Positions 39,711 to 54,268 are shown, numbered from the whole stretch's first letter. The stretch is 62,876 nt of DNA, filler included, from Choristocarpus tenellus KU-1152 (GCA_964200185.2; 14 parts of 14 records of this genome joined end to end with filler, not necessarily neighbours in it); one strand, 5' to 3'. Made by a program: numbers and translations. The notes: generated by a model from the sequence alone, not told the origin.

Positions 39711-41301
39711 GGGATTAAGGTCATACTAGAATAGTAACTTTGGAAAAAATCCGATCAGCGAATGACGATGAGAATGTGATAGATTCTTGGATGTTTTTGC
39801 GATAGTTGGACCCCGATAAATCTCCAAACTACTATAGATTACCACGTTCTGAAAGCATGGAGTTGTGAAAACGGAGCGTGATACAAAGATTAAACGGCGG
39901 TTTAGTAGTTTCTTAGACACAAATGTATGACCAGATAGGAAAAAGCCTCACATTATTGGTAGAGTTATTCTTAGTCCTTAGGAGATAAGATTGCGATCCT
40001 ATTGTCCAACTAATTTCTTCACGCCTTATTGAGCGCACGTATGACACAGCGGTTCGCCTCCTTCGTGTAGATCATACCGCAACCCCGTCTACCTCAGAGA
40101 CCATCTGTCAGTGTAGGGTGGCACGCCCACCCTATGATCTCACTTTCTTTTATATTGTCTATAAAGTTACAGATGGCGAAGGAGAAGGGTTTTATCGTCA
40201 GCGACAGAAGTTGGGTACTCTAAGTCGACATTATGTTGCAAGCATCGGAGTCTTATCGTCCTATGTTGCACTGAATCTAAAAACACGATATTGGGATAGC
40301 TTTTCCTAGTAAGGAAACATTTTCTACTTGGTTTGATTTTTTCGCTCCACAAAGGTTATGATCCTGGACCTCATTTACCCTGTCATCGGTTCTTGGGTCG
40401 TTATTCTCTCCTTCCCTTCCTGATCCCACAATGAGAAATGTGCTCCTCATCTCCATATCAAAGGTCGAGACTTCGTACTACTTCAAAAAAGATGAATTCG
40501 CGTCTTGCTTATCCATACTAGAAGCAACTTGCATACGGTACCACTGTATACTACTTCACTGCTCAATAGGTAGCACTGAACGTTTCGATACGGTTACATA
40601 TTCTTCGTTTTTTCTACCCTTACATTTAAAACAAACTAGATTTAGGTAGGTCGAAAATACGCGATTGAATGGGAGAGGCTGGATTTGTAGTGGGGTGCAA
40701 AAAAGGAAAGAAAAACATAATCAAAGGACCTCTGTTTCCGTGCTATTGCTTTAGTCCTCTTACAGTATACTAGAGTCAGACCACAACAAGTAAGTGTGTT
40801 GATCCTACGTTGATATGGGAAACAATATGCATGGAGTGAGGGGTGAGGTAGATAGGAATTTCGAGTTTGGCAATGCGATACACAGACTATCAGAACAAGT
40901 GTGTGCTTTGAATGTACCATAGTGTCGGAGTTACTAGTAGACACTGCTGACTATTTGTTTGGTGAATTGCAATTGTAGCTTGGTAAGTGATGTGATGGTG
41001 TCGTCGAATCTATTTTTAAATTGTGAATAGATGTGCTGTGTATGTTGGTGAAGTGATGTCCCTGACGAACTTGGCGGAGTTCTGCCGTCAAATGTGGGGT
41101 ACAAGTTCATCACACTCACTTCGACTTCTATAGGAAATGAAATACTTCAAGGAATCTTTTACCCGCTCTCTAGTTTCACGCCCAAGTCGCCCATGCTGTC
41201 CGCTCGTATTTGCAAGTCTGTGGAAGGTAAGAGAACATGCAAGTGGAAAGCGTATGTAACCGCGTCACCTGCAAGGAGGATACCTAACTCCGATCGACGA
41301 C

Positions 41302-44300
41302 ATGTCGTACGGTAGTCTCCATCCATCCAAATCTCGCCCGATTACCACATATTTCGAATCCGTGGATTCCATTGGGGTGGATAAACCCGACCCTCGTAGT
41401 GTGGGGCATCTCAGCCTCCGCAAGGTCTCTCGTCGCAAACATTTGGCATACTACCAACACAAGGCGGGATGTGTTGAAGAGACAAAACATCGACCGTGTA
41501 GGGTTAGGGACTTACGAAAGTGCGTGAGGATTGCTCCTGAGGCACCTGATATTCAGGCCATTGTTCGTAGACACGCACTATCGTTAGGAACTGCAAACAA
41601 GCGACGGAGGAGAGCGATATCAAGATCTGGTTTGAAGTCAGAACTGGCATGGTGCCACTATCAGCCGCCTGCAGGAGGAGAATGGACTGGGAGTGAACAT
41701 GAGGTCTCTTCTCCTACCAGCGTCCTGGACAATGGAGAGGAAAGTTCTGGAATCAATGCATCTGCTGAAGGAAATGATAAAATATCTCCACTTGCCTCTG
41801 TAAATGTCAGTCTGTCAAACTTGACAGACACTGGTGGCGATCTTGTTCAAGACATGCCAACACTAGTGTCACTGGGTGAGATTTCACTTGCAGCTGATCC
41901 GGGCACGGAGAGTTTAGGGTCTGTGTCAGGCATGGGGCCTGGACTATCGTGTGGTTCCGGGTTGGACCCTAACCCCCAGAGTCTCTTTATGCTACCATCG
42001 CCACAACTACCAAGTGTCAACCTCCATGTGCACTCTCCTGCTCTCACTATTGAAACAATTGCAAAGCGTGGACGTACACCTGTCATCTGCCACGGATGTG
42101 GGGGGAAGTCGTCTGGAGGCTTCACGGAGGAGAAATATGTCAGAGTAGCTGAGTCGAAAAGTGCTGTGAAGAGCGATGGTCGAATTTTGACTGAAGGGGA
42201 TGAGAAAAATCTTGATAACCTTGGTGCATGCGCGGCACACAAGTACCAAGTCTGTTCTGAAAACGATATAGACCAAGTGAGTAGACTTTGATCACATTCC
42301 CACATATAGCTCTCTAGACGAACAATGACATATTTCATTATTTCTATTTTATTTAACACATCCGTTTGTTCTAGTAGCTTCTTCCTAACTGGATCAAAGA
42401 AACAAAGTCATGACTATGTTGTGGTTACAGAAAACACGATTAAATGTCATGTGCTAGCATGGTTTCTTAGCCTGGGTCAGGATAACAAGGTGCCATGTTA
42501 TCATCCCTACACCCTTCCAAGACCACCCACCAACTCCTGGAGAACCTCAGCACAGACCTTGTGGTGGAAATTGCATGCAGTTCCAAAACTTTATGTCGTT
42601 GCTGGATATCTGACTCATATGTTCAATGCTGAGGTTTATCTTGTCGTTTTCCGCCTTCCCTTCTACCTAAACGAACCAGATGATGAGTTTTATCGGGGCA
42701 CGTCCAGAATGTCAAAACAGGGTGTCATTTACAATGTTGGCATCGGCATTTCGCAAACTGAGAAGAGCTCAAGCCACAGCCGGGTTGGAGGAAAATGGAC
42801 GTTTTGCAGTTCAAAGGCTGCTAAAACTGGTGGGGCGGGCAGGAATGGATATGGACACCTGGTTCAAGTTCATGGATACCTCACAGGTAAGATCAACAGG
42901 CTCTCGATATGAAAGTCCGCTTTTGCCAACGAAGCTCCTTGTGCAGGAGAGGGTGCGTATATCCCTTGTACTGATCCCCGTTCTAAGATATTTCGTACAA
43001 CAGAAGCTACTATTGGAATAGAGGACGTTTCTCCAATCCACCTCCTCAAACCCTTCATATTTCGAGTAGATTTATGATGAGTGTACCATCACAAGCAAGA
43101 GTAAGATCCAACAAGTGACCAAGAATGATCCTATGTCACAGAGTTTCGTTTTCCTTGCAGCTGAAATCAAGGATTATTGATTATAGAGTACTTTATGCAG
43201 CTAGCTAACCAGTATTATTAAACAGACATAGACGGGGTAAGCTTTGCACTCAGCTATTTTCAATATGTTTTGTACTAAGCACAAAGTAATTATAGTCCAG
43301 CTAAGGGCAAATGGAATTTTTATTTTCATTGCTTACCTACTTGAGCTTTCATTATCACACATGTCTACATGCTGTAGGACCTTCAAGGGGTTGTAGTGCC
43401 CAACCTAAAACATCCCCACTCATTCAGAAAATTCTACTCAACGTCCTTATGCCATGCACTATTGCTTACCCTAGGGTGGTATGGGAGACGGACGACTGAC
43501 CTTGATGGAGCTGAAAACAGGCTTCAGGCGATTAGAGAAGTATATCCTCAAGAGAGAAAGTCAATGCAAAGAAACTGGGTGCTGCCGCAGCCCCACCCAC
43601 GGAGATAGAGACGACTATCCTGTCGCCTGCTCTGATCATAGTTCTGAAAGCATGATCTATACGGGCTCAATGTGTGTGGGGAGGGGTGCGTGGGGGGGGT
43701 TCTTGATTGCGAAAATCTGTGTGTTCAATACAAGGGTTCGAGAAACATATCCACTGACCTTGTCTCTATCATTTTTTATCACTACAGAAAGATCCACATT
43801 TCCCTCATTCAGTTACACCTCAAACCAATCTCCTGTCATGTACCCAGCAACTTTGCTGCAAATGTCTCCTCTGCCCCAAACCTTCCCCCAACCTCAGATA
43901 CAACAATGTTCAGAGACCATATCCCTCATTTCCCTCCAAAGATCTTCATAAACTGCTCCACTTCATAGATAGAGATGTCAGCTTTGATTTGGACATGGCG
44001 GAAATAAGGTACGTTTACTTTCCCTCTGCAAGCCTAGATCTTTGGATGAAGTACACACAAAGCTATATTTTCACCAGTGTAATGGCCTACATGTCACACA
44101 TGAAGCCAATACCACGCATGGGCATTGCAAGTCCTCCACTGTAAATGCTCAAAATTAGCCTTGACACCGTGGCCCTAAGTGACGAGCCCGATGCTCATAT
44201 TCGTAACTTCTGTACGAGATTGGTAGAGATGCTAAAACTACCTCACCCTTCCATCAAGGCTATGTATGCTATGACAGCACTCTGGTTTCCCTTAAAACAT

Positions 44301-44451
44301 CCCTCATTAACAGGGAGGCGGTGGAGCTGCTGAGTGGGGACGCATCCCAAGTAGAGATCATGCATGCAGCAGGGGTAGCATTGTCAAAGCTTGAGAAACA
44401 TTCAAGGTCGACTGGCAACCGCTTTAAAGACCTCTTCCAGACCACAGATCG
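41302..44451 (+). CDS. Multi-exon EF-hand-containing protein (exons to 42276, 42680-42886, from 43475, 44314-44451), 3'-partial
   Basis: 329-codon first frame ending at CAA|GTGAGT. WFKFMDTSQ|GGMGDGRLTLMELKTGF and RFKDLFQTTDR| are EF-hand-like. Junctions are canonical. Confidence 0.75.
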
Positions 44452-44678
44452 GTGAGAAAACATATGAAAGAGCGGAGAGGGACATCCATAAGAGCTGAGC
44501 ATAGAGAGACACCTCCAAGTCTTGATTGTCTCATTGGATGTGGAGACCAACTTTTCATATTTTTTAGAATCAGTGGCAATTCAGAGGGGGCTACAACAAA
44601 GCTGTACGGACCCACACAGCCTAAACTATTGCTATGTCATGTGGCACCATTAAAATATAATCTCTGGAGAACAATCTA

Positions 44679-44782
44679 GACCCAAAGTATCTGGGGGGGG
44701 GGGGGGGGGGGATCCACCGAGAGGGCCATTTGGGGTAAAAACCAGAAAAAGGAAACTTTCTTTACCCATCCGAAATAAGAAA
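44679..44782 (+). mobile_element. MITE family A partial copy at contig end
   Basis: GACCCAAAGTATCT, poly-G, then body. Confidence 0.85.
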
Positions 44783-47700
44783 NNNNNNNNNNNNNNNNNN
44801 NNNNNNNNNNNNNNNNNNNNNNNNNNTTAATTAATTAANNNNNNNNNNNNNNNNNNNNNNNNNNNNNNNNNNNNNNNNNNNNGATGCGCATTAACACATA
44901 AACATCATTTTTAAAAAAGCGTTTGCAATCGTTTCCATCCTATCCATGAAGCTTATGATTGATTTCCCAGCTCGCCACGATTAATTAGTTGCTTCGACGA
45001 GTGATTTCCCAGCTAACCACGATTATTTACTACAAAAACGATATTGTACCAAATCAATTCTGTACCGCTTTTTTCGGGCATACGCATGGGTGAACAAAAT
45101 CGGGGTACCTACTGTATAGTAGAAATACGGTGGCGATGAAGCAATGATTTAAGTTCTAGTGGATCTTGAAGAAATTGTCGTGAAGAATGTATAGGCATTT
45201 GATCATACTTGTATAAAGTATAGAATAATATGAACTTAACAAGAAACTCTTGGTATCACAAATGTGGAGGCATGACACGACGTGTTTGATTGAAGTATAA
45301 CGGATTGCCTAACCGAACGACACGCGACAAAACCCTCCCAAATATTACTAAACCCTACCTCTCTAACTAGAATAAACATGCATCAAATTAAACTGTTACT
45401 GAAAGGCTAGCATACAAACTCAACAAATTATGTCATGTCCAATATCTACAAAAAAGCACGGAACTCATTTTTTAATGAGATATTTCAATACAACAAGATT
45501 TTAACTTCCAACTTCCTCCTTGAACTTTGAAGTAGATTGTGGATTGTGAAGTTGCAGTAATGACATACTAGAGTGTGGCAGTGAAGTTTGGACGTCGATA
45601 TATTTTTTCCTTGTCATAAATTCTATGCCGTAAGGTTTAGAACTGAGTAGTGATGGTGTCAATTTATTTTAGAGTGATTTGATGTTCGATATTGACGAAA
45701 AAAGTTGCTACAATTATACGATTTTTTCAGACCTTGTTCAAAATGTTGACATTTTTTCTGTTGTGGGGAAACAGCTGTATGTAGTGTAGTCCCCAAAAAA
45801 GTGTTGATCGAATGAACAGGTAGGTAGCTTTGAGATTCTTTCTTGTGGGGGTAACTAGCGAAAAATCACAGCGGGTAAAATATAATAGTCAGGCAGTTAA
45901 AATACAACATAACTTTGAGGTACACGTTGTCACAATGACTTTTTCACTGGGTGGTGTTCATAGAGACAATGCCTGCTTAAGAAGGATAATTAGTAATTAT
46001 GTAACTGACTCTTTTGTGGATCAGTACTTCTCCACTATACTAAAATAGTAGGCATACTAATTATAGGTGAGCGTGCAGAACAATGTACTTGACTACACAA
46101 GAGAAGGCACCAAACACTGCAAAGAAGAGAATGGTATAGAAGAAGGCGACACCGGGGACAACAAGGAAGTCGATGGTTAAGATGGGGTATTGCCTGTGAA
46201 ATTTGCCCGCAACACCAAAGGAAGGTCATAAGATTGTAACTTCTTTCATAGTTGTTGGCACGCGCTTCAAGGTAAGGGCTAAAACATGATGCCTTTTTTG
46301 GAGAAAAGTAATTTTAAGGGGGAAGAGACCACCTCTGATGATGAGAGCAAACAGTAGTTCAGCATGACTATGCTGTGCTCAAGCTCTAACAAAACTTCAC
46401 ACGGCAGCAGAGAGGTGATGAGGTTGGCCTCCTTCAGAGACGGAGATGGGGGAAGAGTCCACAAGAAGAGGGCACACACGATTGGAGATTACCTATTTTG
46501 AGGATAAATGGCACTAGCAGGTGGAGGAATAGTGTGGTATGCAACCAGTGGATGCGGACGTTGTGGAGGAGCTTGGTGGTCCCCTCAAATAATGAAAGGT
46601 GAAGTAGGAGATTTTGGGGGAGTTGAAGTAAGTTATCTGCTACGGAAGGGTTTGCATGCACAGACTACTTCAGCTGGCATCTGTTCACTCGATCTCCTTT
46701 GCTGGCAACATAGTCACCACCAAGTGCAAAGGTCTCTCTGGGGATGTTGTTGATGACACTGCAGTGCTGTAGATTTTGGTGCCCATATGTTGAAGTAGCA
46801 GGTAACAGAAACTCATAGTGGATGGTAATGGTAGAGACAAACGCCGCACCCTTTGTAGTGTTTTTGCCACCTTTGGCTGGAGTCCTCTATCTACATGGGC
46901 TTAGGGTGGAGTGGTACATAATTTCTTCCTGGAAGAAATTCTCATCGGAAACCGTAATAATTTTTTCCTTCGACTAACTAATAAATCGACTATACCATTG
47001 AACTAGATAACAGTAAACAATTGCATTCTGAAGGAGGTGGTAAGGTCAATTCTTGCATGCAAAATCGGGTGTTCTCAGATTCAGACTCTTCAAGACTAGA
47101 AAGAACTTCACCATCCCGGGTGCAACCACTACATAAATAGGGGGAAAGTTTATGGAGTAACCTGAGTTTATAGTGTGCTCGAGAATTCGTAGCAGTAGAT
47201 TGGTAAACCAGGTTATATAGTGGTAAGGGAAAAATAAAAGATAAGGGTATAGACAAAAAGGGAAATTAGCTAATGGCCTCAGAGCACACTGGGTATCTGA
47301 GAAGTTAATAGAAAAAGAGTGGATGGAAGAGAGAGAAATGGGGGGTAAAACGATAAAGAGGGGAAGGAACGAGCCAACTTCCGAGCAATCTTTCCCTGGC
47401 ACTCACTCTCTTAATCTCTCGCAATTGAGTGGGATGTTGGGAGGGGGGGGGTGGGTTAGCTTGCACTGGGTAGGTTTCTTCTAGTTCAAAGGTACAGTAT
47501 AGAAGTTGATGGGGGTGAAGTGTTTTGTATGATTGTGGGTGTTCTTCGATGAAAGGATATGGAGTGTCATAAATGGAGGTGGGGTGTTTTGGGAGGGTTG
47601 ATCCGGAATTGGATTCGCGGAAATTGGTCGCATTGTTAGATGACTGGATACCAGTGGTGGAAATTGGCCGCACTGGTTGATGACAAGATTTTTTGGTGTC

Positions 47701-47856
47701 TGGAAATCAGTGGTGAAAATCAGTCGCATTGGTTGATCACTATATACAATTGGCGTACATTGACTGCTGCACTGTTTTGTTTGTGTTGATATCATAAGCG
47801 AGAAGTGCCCACATATTTGATAAGGTAACAAAGTGATGGTTTCATGGTGTGGTATG

Positions 47857-48038
47857 GGCTCGAAGTATCTGGAGGGGGATGGCGGCTGTCCATTTATGTG
47901 GGGCCAATTTTTTCATGTCGCAATATTTGGGTGATTTGGTTGCATATATATGTGGGATGGAAAATGTAGGAGCATTTTCGTGATTATGGCCCAAATGGAC
48001 ACCCTGGTGTAGAGACCCCCCCCCCCCCCCCCCCCCCC
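47857..48038 (-). mobile_element. MITE family A copy in reverse orientation; one end lost at poly-C
   Basis: GGCTCGAAGTATCTGG...GGCTGTCCATTT...GGGTGATTTGGTTGCATA...CCAAATGGACACCCTGGTGTAG. Confidence 0.85.
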
Positions 48039-48482
48039 TTTTGTTTGATAATAAAATGATTTGTTTATGGTGTTTCTATTTTTTTTCTATNNNNNNNNNN
48101 NNNNNNNNNNNNNNNNNNNNNNNNNNNNNNNNNNTTAATTAATTAANNNNNNNNNNNNNNNNNNNNNNNNNNNNNNNNNNNNNNNNNNNNGGGGGGGGAG
48201 TAGGAAATGCTCGTATGGTTTCTCAACTTCCAAGTCCTAACTACCTTTCTCCCTCTCGCTGTTGGCAAGAAATGAATAGCGGAGTGAAATTTGAATTTGA
48301 ATTTGTATTAATCTTCGATTGAGTTAAATTGCTAAGATACAAAACCAGCAATTATGGGTAAATTTTTTTTTTGTGCAAATGTGTGCTGCAGTGCCTCCAG
48401 ACAAAATTGTCCTCCCTTCTCTCCCCCCTCTCCCTTGCTTGGTCCTGTCCACATTCTACCCTACACACTGCCACTTTCACAG

Positions 48483-51400
48483 GTGTATGAGCATGATGGA
48501 TGGGGGAGCGTGGGCAGGGAGAAGCTAAGGCCTGAAGCAGAGCTGAAAAAGGTGTGTTTCTTACCTTCCTTTACTGAGGATTTTAATGTGTTCTTGGCCT
48601 CTGTGCTGAAACGCATCGTACTTTTTTGCTGTCTAAATGTACATATTTTTGTTTAGACTATCAGAGGAATGTAAATGGTCCTACTCCTACTACTATATCT
48701 TTGTGTGTTTCATGACAAGAACACCTTTATAGGGTAAGAGGTGATGCAGGTACTATTTCAATGAAAACAATATGTTTTCATTTCTCCTGCCCTACAGTGC
48801 TTTTTTTTTTAATTATCATTATTTGGTGAATTTATTTCTTCCCCCCATGTTAATTACCACTCTTGCGCTCTTGCCCTGCAGTGTTTATATTATTACTATT
48901 ATCATTACCATAATTGAATATTATTCTAATTTCTTTACCAATAATATTCTAATTATCCGTGTACACACCACCTCGATTTATTTTCCTCTCTTCCCAAGCC
49001 ACTCTCCAACCCACTTTTGCATTCCCTGTCATTTGTGTTCCCCCCCTCTCCCTCCAACTCGCTCTGAGACTTAGGCTCGGGATAGGCTGAGGGGGGTGAA
49101 ACTGGAGCTGAGGGCAGTGACGAAACGCCTCTCTGAAATGAATCCAGCTGGGGCAAGGTGGAAGGGCCTTAAGGAGGATGAGGATGGGCTGATTGATGTG
49201 GCAGAGGTCTCCTGCACAAAGTGAGAGAAAAAAAAGATTTGATCAACAAAACAATGTTAATGTCAATGTCAATGTCTAGTGTGTGCCGTGACCTTCACAT
49301 CAAATTTTATGTCTGTGCTTTTGAACAGAATAGATTTACTGCGAACAAAATCCGTACTGGCAAGGGGAGGAGTAGTCTTGTCCGTCATCATTCTCACAAG
49401 CCCCTTATTTTTATTGGAGAAAAAAAGGAAAAGTGGCGCCACTTAGCCTAGATTTTTTTTTTTAATGTTTTTTTTTTTTTTAGAGGAGAGTTGCGCTATG
49501 TTGACAAAACGAGCAGAGCGTTTTGGTTTGTTAAATTTTGGTTTGTTAACTCTCCAGGCACCTTGTTAACTCTCCAGGCACCTGGAGCATGCAGATTGAA
49601 TAGGTACAGGGAAGCAATAGCCTCTTCAAAGAAAGGTTTCCATTTTGATAAAAGATTTTTCTTAGATCGAATAAATTACCACACAGTTTATTGGCGTATT
49701 TGAACAACAAAAAAAATGTGACTCTCTGTCCACACTATCCCCAGGTAGGTAGGTACGTAGTGGTCATTCTCCTGCCTTGTTTTGTGAACTTGATTGAGTT
49801 CTTAAGTAGAAGAACGGATTTTGTACAGCTGCATGTTGTCTCTTGTCTTGTGTGTGTTCTTGCATTTCTAGATTTTCATGTTTTTTGTTGAGAAAGCAGT
49901 TACAAGACAGTTGCAATATGTGAAGAACCCGACTTTTGTATTAGCAACATTGGTGACTACCTTACGAGCACTTGAGGACAAGGGGGGGGGGGAGGGAGGA
50001 ATGNNNNNNNNNNTTTTTGTATAAGATGTTTTGGTAACGACCTTAGGGGCGGGGGGGGGGGGGGGGGGGGGGGGAGGGAAGAATGTTAGTTTCCAATGTA
50101 GGGTATTTTTGTATGGATGGTGGTTTGTGGAAAAAAAAATTGAAGTTGATGTCTCCTTGGGTAGTGTTTGATTTTTTTTGTGATGTATGGACTATTTATC
50201 TGTGGTATGCAGTCAGGGTACCAAAAGATGTCATTTCAAGGCTTGGAGAAAACAGTATGAGTAACTGTGAATGATACCAATGGCAGTATGTGCTCTATTG
50301 TAGATAGTGTCAGTGCTATTTATGTATATTGGGGGTAAACTTATAACATACACCTATCTGTCGGAAATCCTTGTTACCTGGTTGGTGGAAATATCCCAGT
50401 TTGGTCTCAAAATTGTCAACCCAAAGATTTTTTTTTGTGATTGTTACCCTGGTAGTGTGATCCTGTTATATGGTTAGGACTTTTTTGTAAAAATAGGCAA
50501 GTGAATATTGAAGTCTGATGGGTTGAGGAATGTGGTAACTCTTTCTCATCATGATTGGATTCATGTTGTCTTGAATTTTTGGCAGATTTGATTTTAGAGT
50601 TATTTTTGGTCTTGGGCATTGTTGTTAATTGCTTGCAGAGAGTGGGGGCAAGGAGGTGAGTTTTTTGTGTATGAATGGTAGGTGTTGTTAGTTGAATGGT
50701 TGTGTTTTGATTGTTTGGTTCTTTACTTTGCCCCTGTTTGTTGGGAAGGAAAGGGGTATGTGTGTAGGTGTATATGTCTATGAATGGGACACTTCAAGTG
50801 TCCAATCCTTTTGCGTGGAGTTATAAATTCAAATTGCGTTCTCATTACCAATGCTGTCCAATCAATTTGAATCGTAGTTACCAATACCAAGGATTGGTCA
50901 TTTGTAGACAGATATCATACTGTTGTTTGTGCTGTTGGAAAAAAAATAAATGTGGTGCGTCTCACCCAGTAGCTGTTACATGATAGTGATGGCAATAGCA
51001 ATCTTTTCCACAGCCAGCCAACATGGACTGGTATAGAACAACACAGCAGTTCAATCTCCCCCCCCCCCCTCTCCTGTTGAGTATAATATGCCAAGTTTCT
51101 TCTGGTGGATGACCCCATCACTGGACAAGATTTTTTTTGAGGGGAAAGGAAGGGGGGGGGGGGGATGTTGGATGTTGCAGGACAGTGTTTGATGATCATT
51201 GCAGCATTTGTGTTAAGACTGGAAAGTCCCCTTTGCTGTTGAGCCCTTGAGCATGAACCCTTGCCCTGACCCCATCCCTCCCTCCTCATCAACAGTTGTG
51301 TACAGTGCTAGAGATGTGTTGATTGTTTGGGTTGTTTGGCAGTGAAGTAAGAAAAAAAAGGAAGTTGGGGAGGGAGAAAGAAGAATAACTGGACCCAGTC

Positions 51401-52084
51401 ATTACCATTCCAAGATTTTGGAATGGTAATAATGATGCTATTGATACTGATAAATGGATCCACCTTGTAAATAACAGTTTGGAAGAGCTTGCATATTTTC
51501 ACTTGCAAGGCAGGAAATGAAATATGTCTAGCTGTTTGTTAGCCATCCTGTTGTAGATTTTGACAACATATTTCTCATAGATTTTGCTGAAGATTGTGTA
51601 TTCACATTGGGAGAGCAGTGATTCATTATGATGGTGTAAGGTATACCACCAATGTACAGATGTCGTCTTAACTTTTTTACAGATGATACCTGCTGACGGT
51701 ATACAGTTGATTAGTCATACCGTCTTAACTTTTTTACAGATGATACCTGCTGATGGTATACAGTTGATCAGTCATACCTTCTTAACTTTTTTACAGATGA
51801 TACCTGCTGACGGTATACAGTTGATCAGTCATACCTTCTTAACTTTTTTACAGATGATACCTGCTGACGGTATACAGTTGATTAGTCATACCATCTTAAC
51901 TTTTTTACAGATGATACCTGTAGGACTCTAGAGCATCACAGCTGTGCTGCTCTGGAGCTCTGCAGTCCTTTATGTTTTTTCTGTTAATATCAGTACACCT
52001 TGTGGTTAGTACTGTCCACGGTTCCCTGTTGTGTGATTGAAGAGACTGATTCTGTTTTGTTCCACTGGTACTGATCCTGTCATC

Positions 52085-52115
<31 letters not shown>

Positions 52116-52248
52116 ATGAAGTTCTTCTTAACCGTTTTTTCGCACCTATTTACAAAATATTGCTTTGTGGGGACCACTACAGGTGTGGAAAGTCTGAGTC
52201 TGATGACAAGAATGACATACTTCTGTGTGATCACCAGGGTTGCTTCCG
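48483..52248 (+). CDS. PHD-finger protein similar to plant PRH/HAT3.1, internal exons (48483-48551, 49075-49220, 52183-52248)
   Basis: Spliced: VYEHDGWGSVGREKLRPEAELKK|ARDRLRGVKLELR...EDEDGLIDVAEVSCTK|CGKSESDDKNDILLCDHQGCFR. This matches the GW...REKIRPEKEL...C..C......NDIILCD pattern. Phases 0 and 2 are consistent. Confidence 0.88.
51664..51920. repeat. 57-bp minisatellite, about 4.5 copies, intronic
   Basis: TCTTAACTTTTTTACAGATGATACCTGCTGACGGTATACAGTTGATTAGTCATACCG repeated. Confidence 0.95.
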
Positions 52249-53824
52249 GTGGGTCTTATGAAGCAAGAAATGCCCACTGCTGCTGTTGTCCCTTTCTCTG
52301 AACTAATGGATGAAAACGTCTTTCAAAATGGGGGGACGATTTTAGCCCCTTTGAGCTTGATTGGCAGTCTTGTAGGACCTTGAGGAATGTAGACCATGCC
52401 CATGCCTGAAATGTAGTTGACATAGGTAATGTGTGAAAATATTGTAAGCTCAATGCACCCTCCAGAGTGTTTCTAAACACATCCACCGCAAGGCAGTCAT
52501 AAAGGCCCTTGAAACCCAACAATGGCACCCCTATTAGATAATATCACTCAATACTCCCCCCCCCCCCCCCCCCTCCCCATTCCACCTCCCAGCCCATTTT
52601 TGTACAGTTTGTTGACTTCCTTTATATATTGTTTCTTTTTTGAGTGACTTTTTTGTTACAGAAATTTTCATTTTTTTTCTTTTGGGGGTTAGGGTTTGGT
52701 TACATGGTGTATTTCAATATATCAACTTGCATGACAGTGCCCAAAATAACTGTTTCTTTTCTTTTCAAGTAAAAAGAGAATAGATGAGAAGCGTCACAGG
52801 TAAGAGTGTGGCAAAATTAATTAAGATGGTCATTGCACTATGTGTTCATTATTGGTCCAAGTTTGCCTTTCAAATGGAATTTTCTTGAATTTTATTATTA
52901 CTACTGCCCCCCCCCCCCCCCCCCCCCCCNNNNNNNNNNNNNNNNNNNNNNNNNNNNNNNNNNNNNNNNNNNNTTAATTAATTAANNNNNNNNNNNNNNN
53001 NNNNNNNNNNNNNNNNNNNNNNNNNNNNNGCATTTGCCCCCCCCCCCCCCCCCCGAACCCTTTCACCACAAAAAACAAACAAATGACCGCCCTTGTGGAC
53101 CCTGTACATACGCCACAAGCACACAATGTACACGCTGCAGCCTAGATGGTAGAAAACCCAAGGCAAGGGCAAACACCCATCATCGATCAGAAGAACACTT
53201 CATTTCAAGGACGATACAGCTCCACTGCCTTTGTTTGGTACACTATGCCAAGATAAAATCGACTTAATTGTGTATTGTGTTTTTATGGGTTTTTTTTTTT
53301 TGTCTATTTTTACGGCAATTTTCTTCAACATCAATCTTTTTCATCAATATTTTTCATTAATCTTCATTAATCTTTTCCATTAATCTTTTTCAATAAACGT
53401 TTTCACCTTTCGGAGACCTTACCACCTAGAGGAGAGCTCTACTCCGAGAAGCCGTAACCATAACCCTAAAAAACTAATAAAAAATCCAAAAAAAGGAGCA
53501 CCTTGTGCAGTTTACCACTGAACACACACATATTGCAAAAATAAAAATATTAGAAAACAGATTTTAAAAGCCATTTGCATTTATATATCTATATCTATCT
53601 ATCTCTCTCTATATATATGTACCATGCAAATCCTACACTAATCTGTCACACTCTCACTTCCTTCAGTGTAATAGTAACTGCCGTGTCATCTACTAGAAGA
53701 AACACAAGTCAATCTAATCCTTCCTGAACAATAACAGCGACAACTCCTCCGCAGACTCAATACAAATAGCATAAAACAAAAAAAAAGTGTCAATCGATTG
53801 ATCGGCCAGAGAGGGTATATATTT

Positions 53825-54003
53825 AGACGAGACACAGAAAGGGTACATATAGACGAGACACAGAAAGGGTAACATATAGACGAGACACAGAAAGGGTAAC
53901 ATATAGACGAGACACAGAAAGGGTACATATAGATGAGACACAGAAAGGGTAACATATAGATGAGACACAGAAAGGGTAACATATAGATGAGACACAGAAA
54001 GAG
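53825..54003. repeat. 26/27-bp minisatellite, about 7 copies
   Basis: AGAYGAGACACAGAAAGGGTA(A)CATAT repeated. Confidence 0.95.
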
Positions 54004-54200
54004 TACATGCACCCTTTTTGTTGCATTATACAAAAAAAAGCAATGGTAACTAGAGCAGAAATGAATCGTTTTGTGCGCACTTGCTGTCGATGGTTCAGGT
54101 ACGACAAATGAAGGTACAGTGCACAAGTTCCAAACAAAACAAAGGCAAAACTGTTAGTTAGGTCATGCCACAAGAAACACGGTAGCATCGGTCGACTCAC

Positions 54201-54268
54201 CTCCTCAATACAAAGGTTGCAGGTAGAACAGTGTACTGCCCCAGCGCTCCTCTTCACCTCACACCTCC
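54201..54268 (-). CDS. Exon of a DHHC palmitoyltransferase (cysteine-rich domain)
   Basis: GACAG|..RCEVKRSAGAVHCSTCNLCIEE|GTGAGT fits C-x3-R-x5-HC-x2-C-x2-C just upstream of DHHC. The DHHC motif itself is not seen in this contig. Confidence 0.65.

Noticed and set aside
51683-51931. Repeat protein (MIPADGIQLISHTFLTFLQ)n, and similar ORFs at 53686-54126
   Set aside because: By-products of minisatellites whose units lack stops.
9821-52248. Chromatin/DNA-metabolism gene cluster (RPA1, GCN5, PHD protein)
   Set aside because: The genes lie on different contigs joined artificially.
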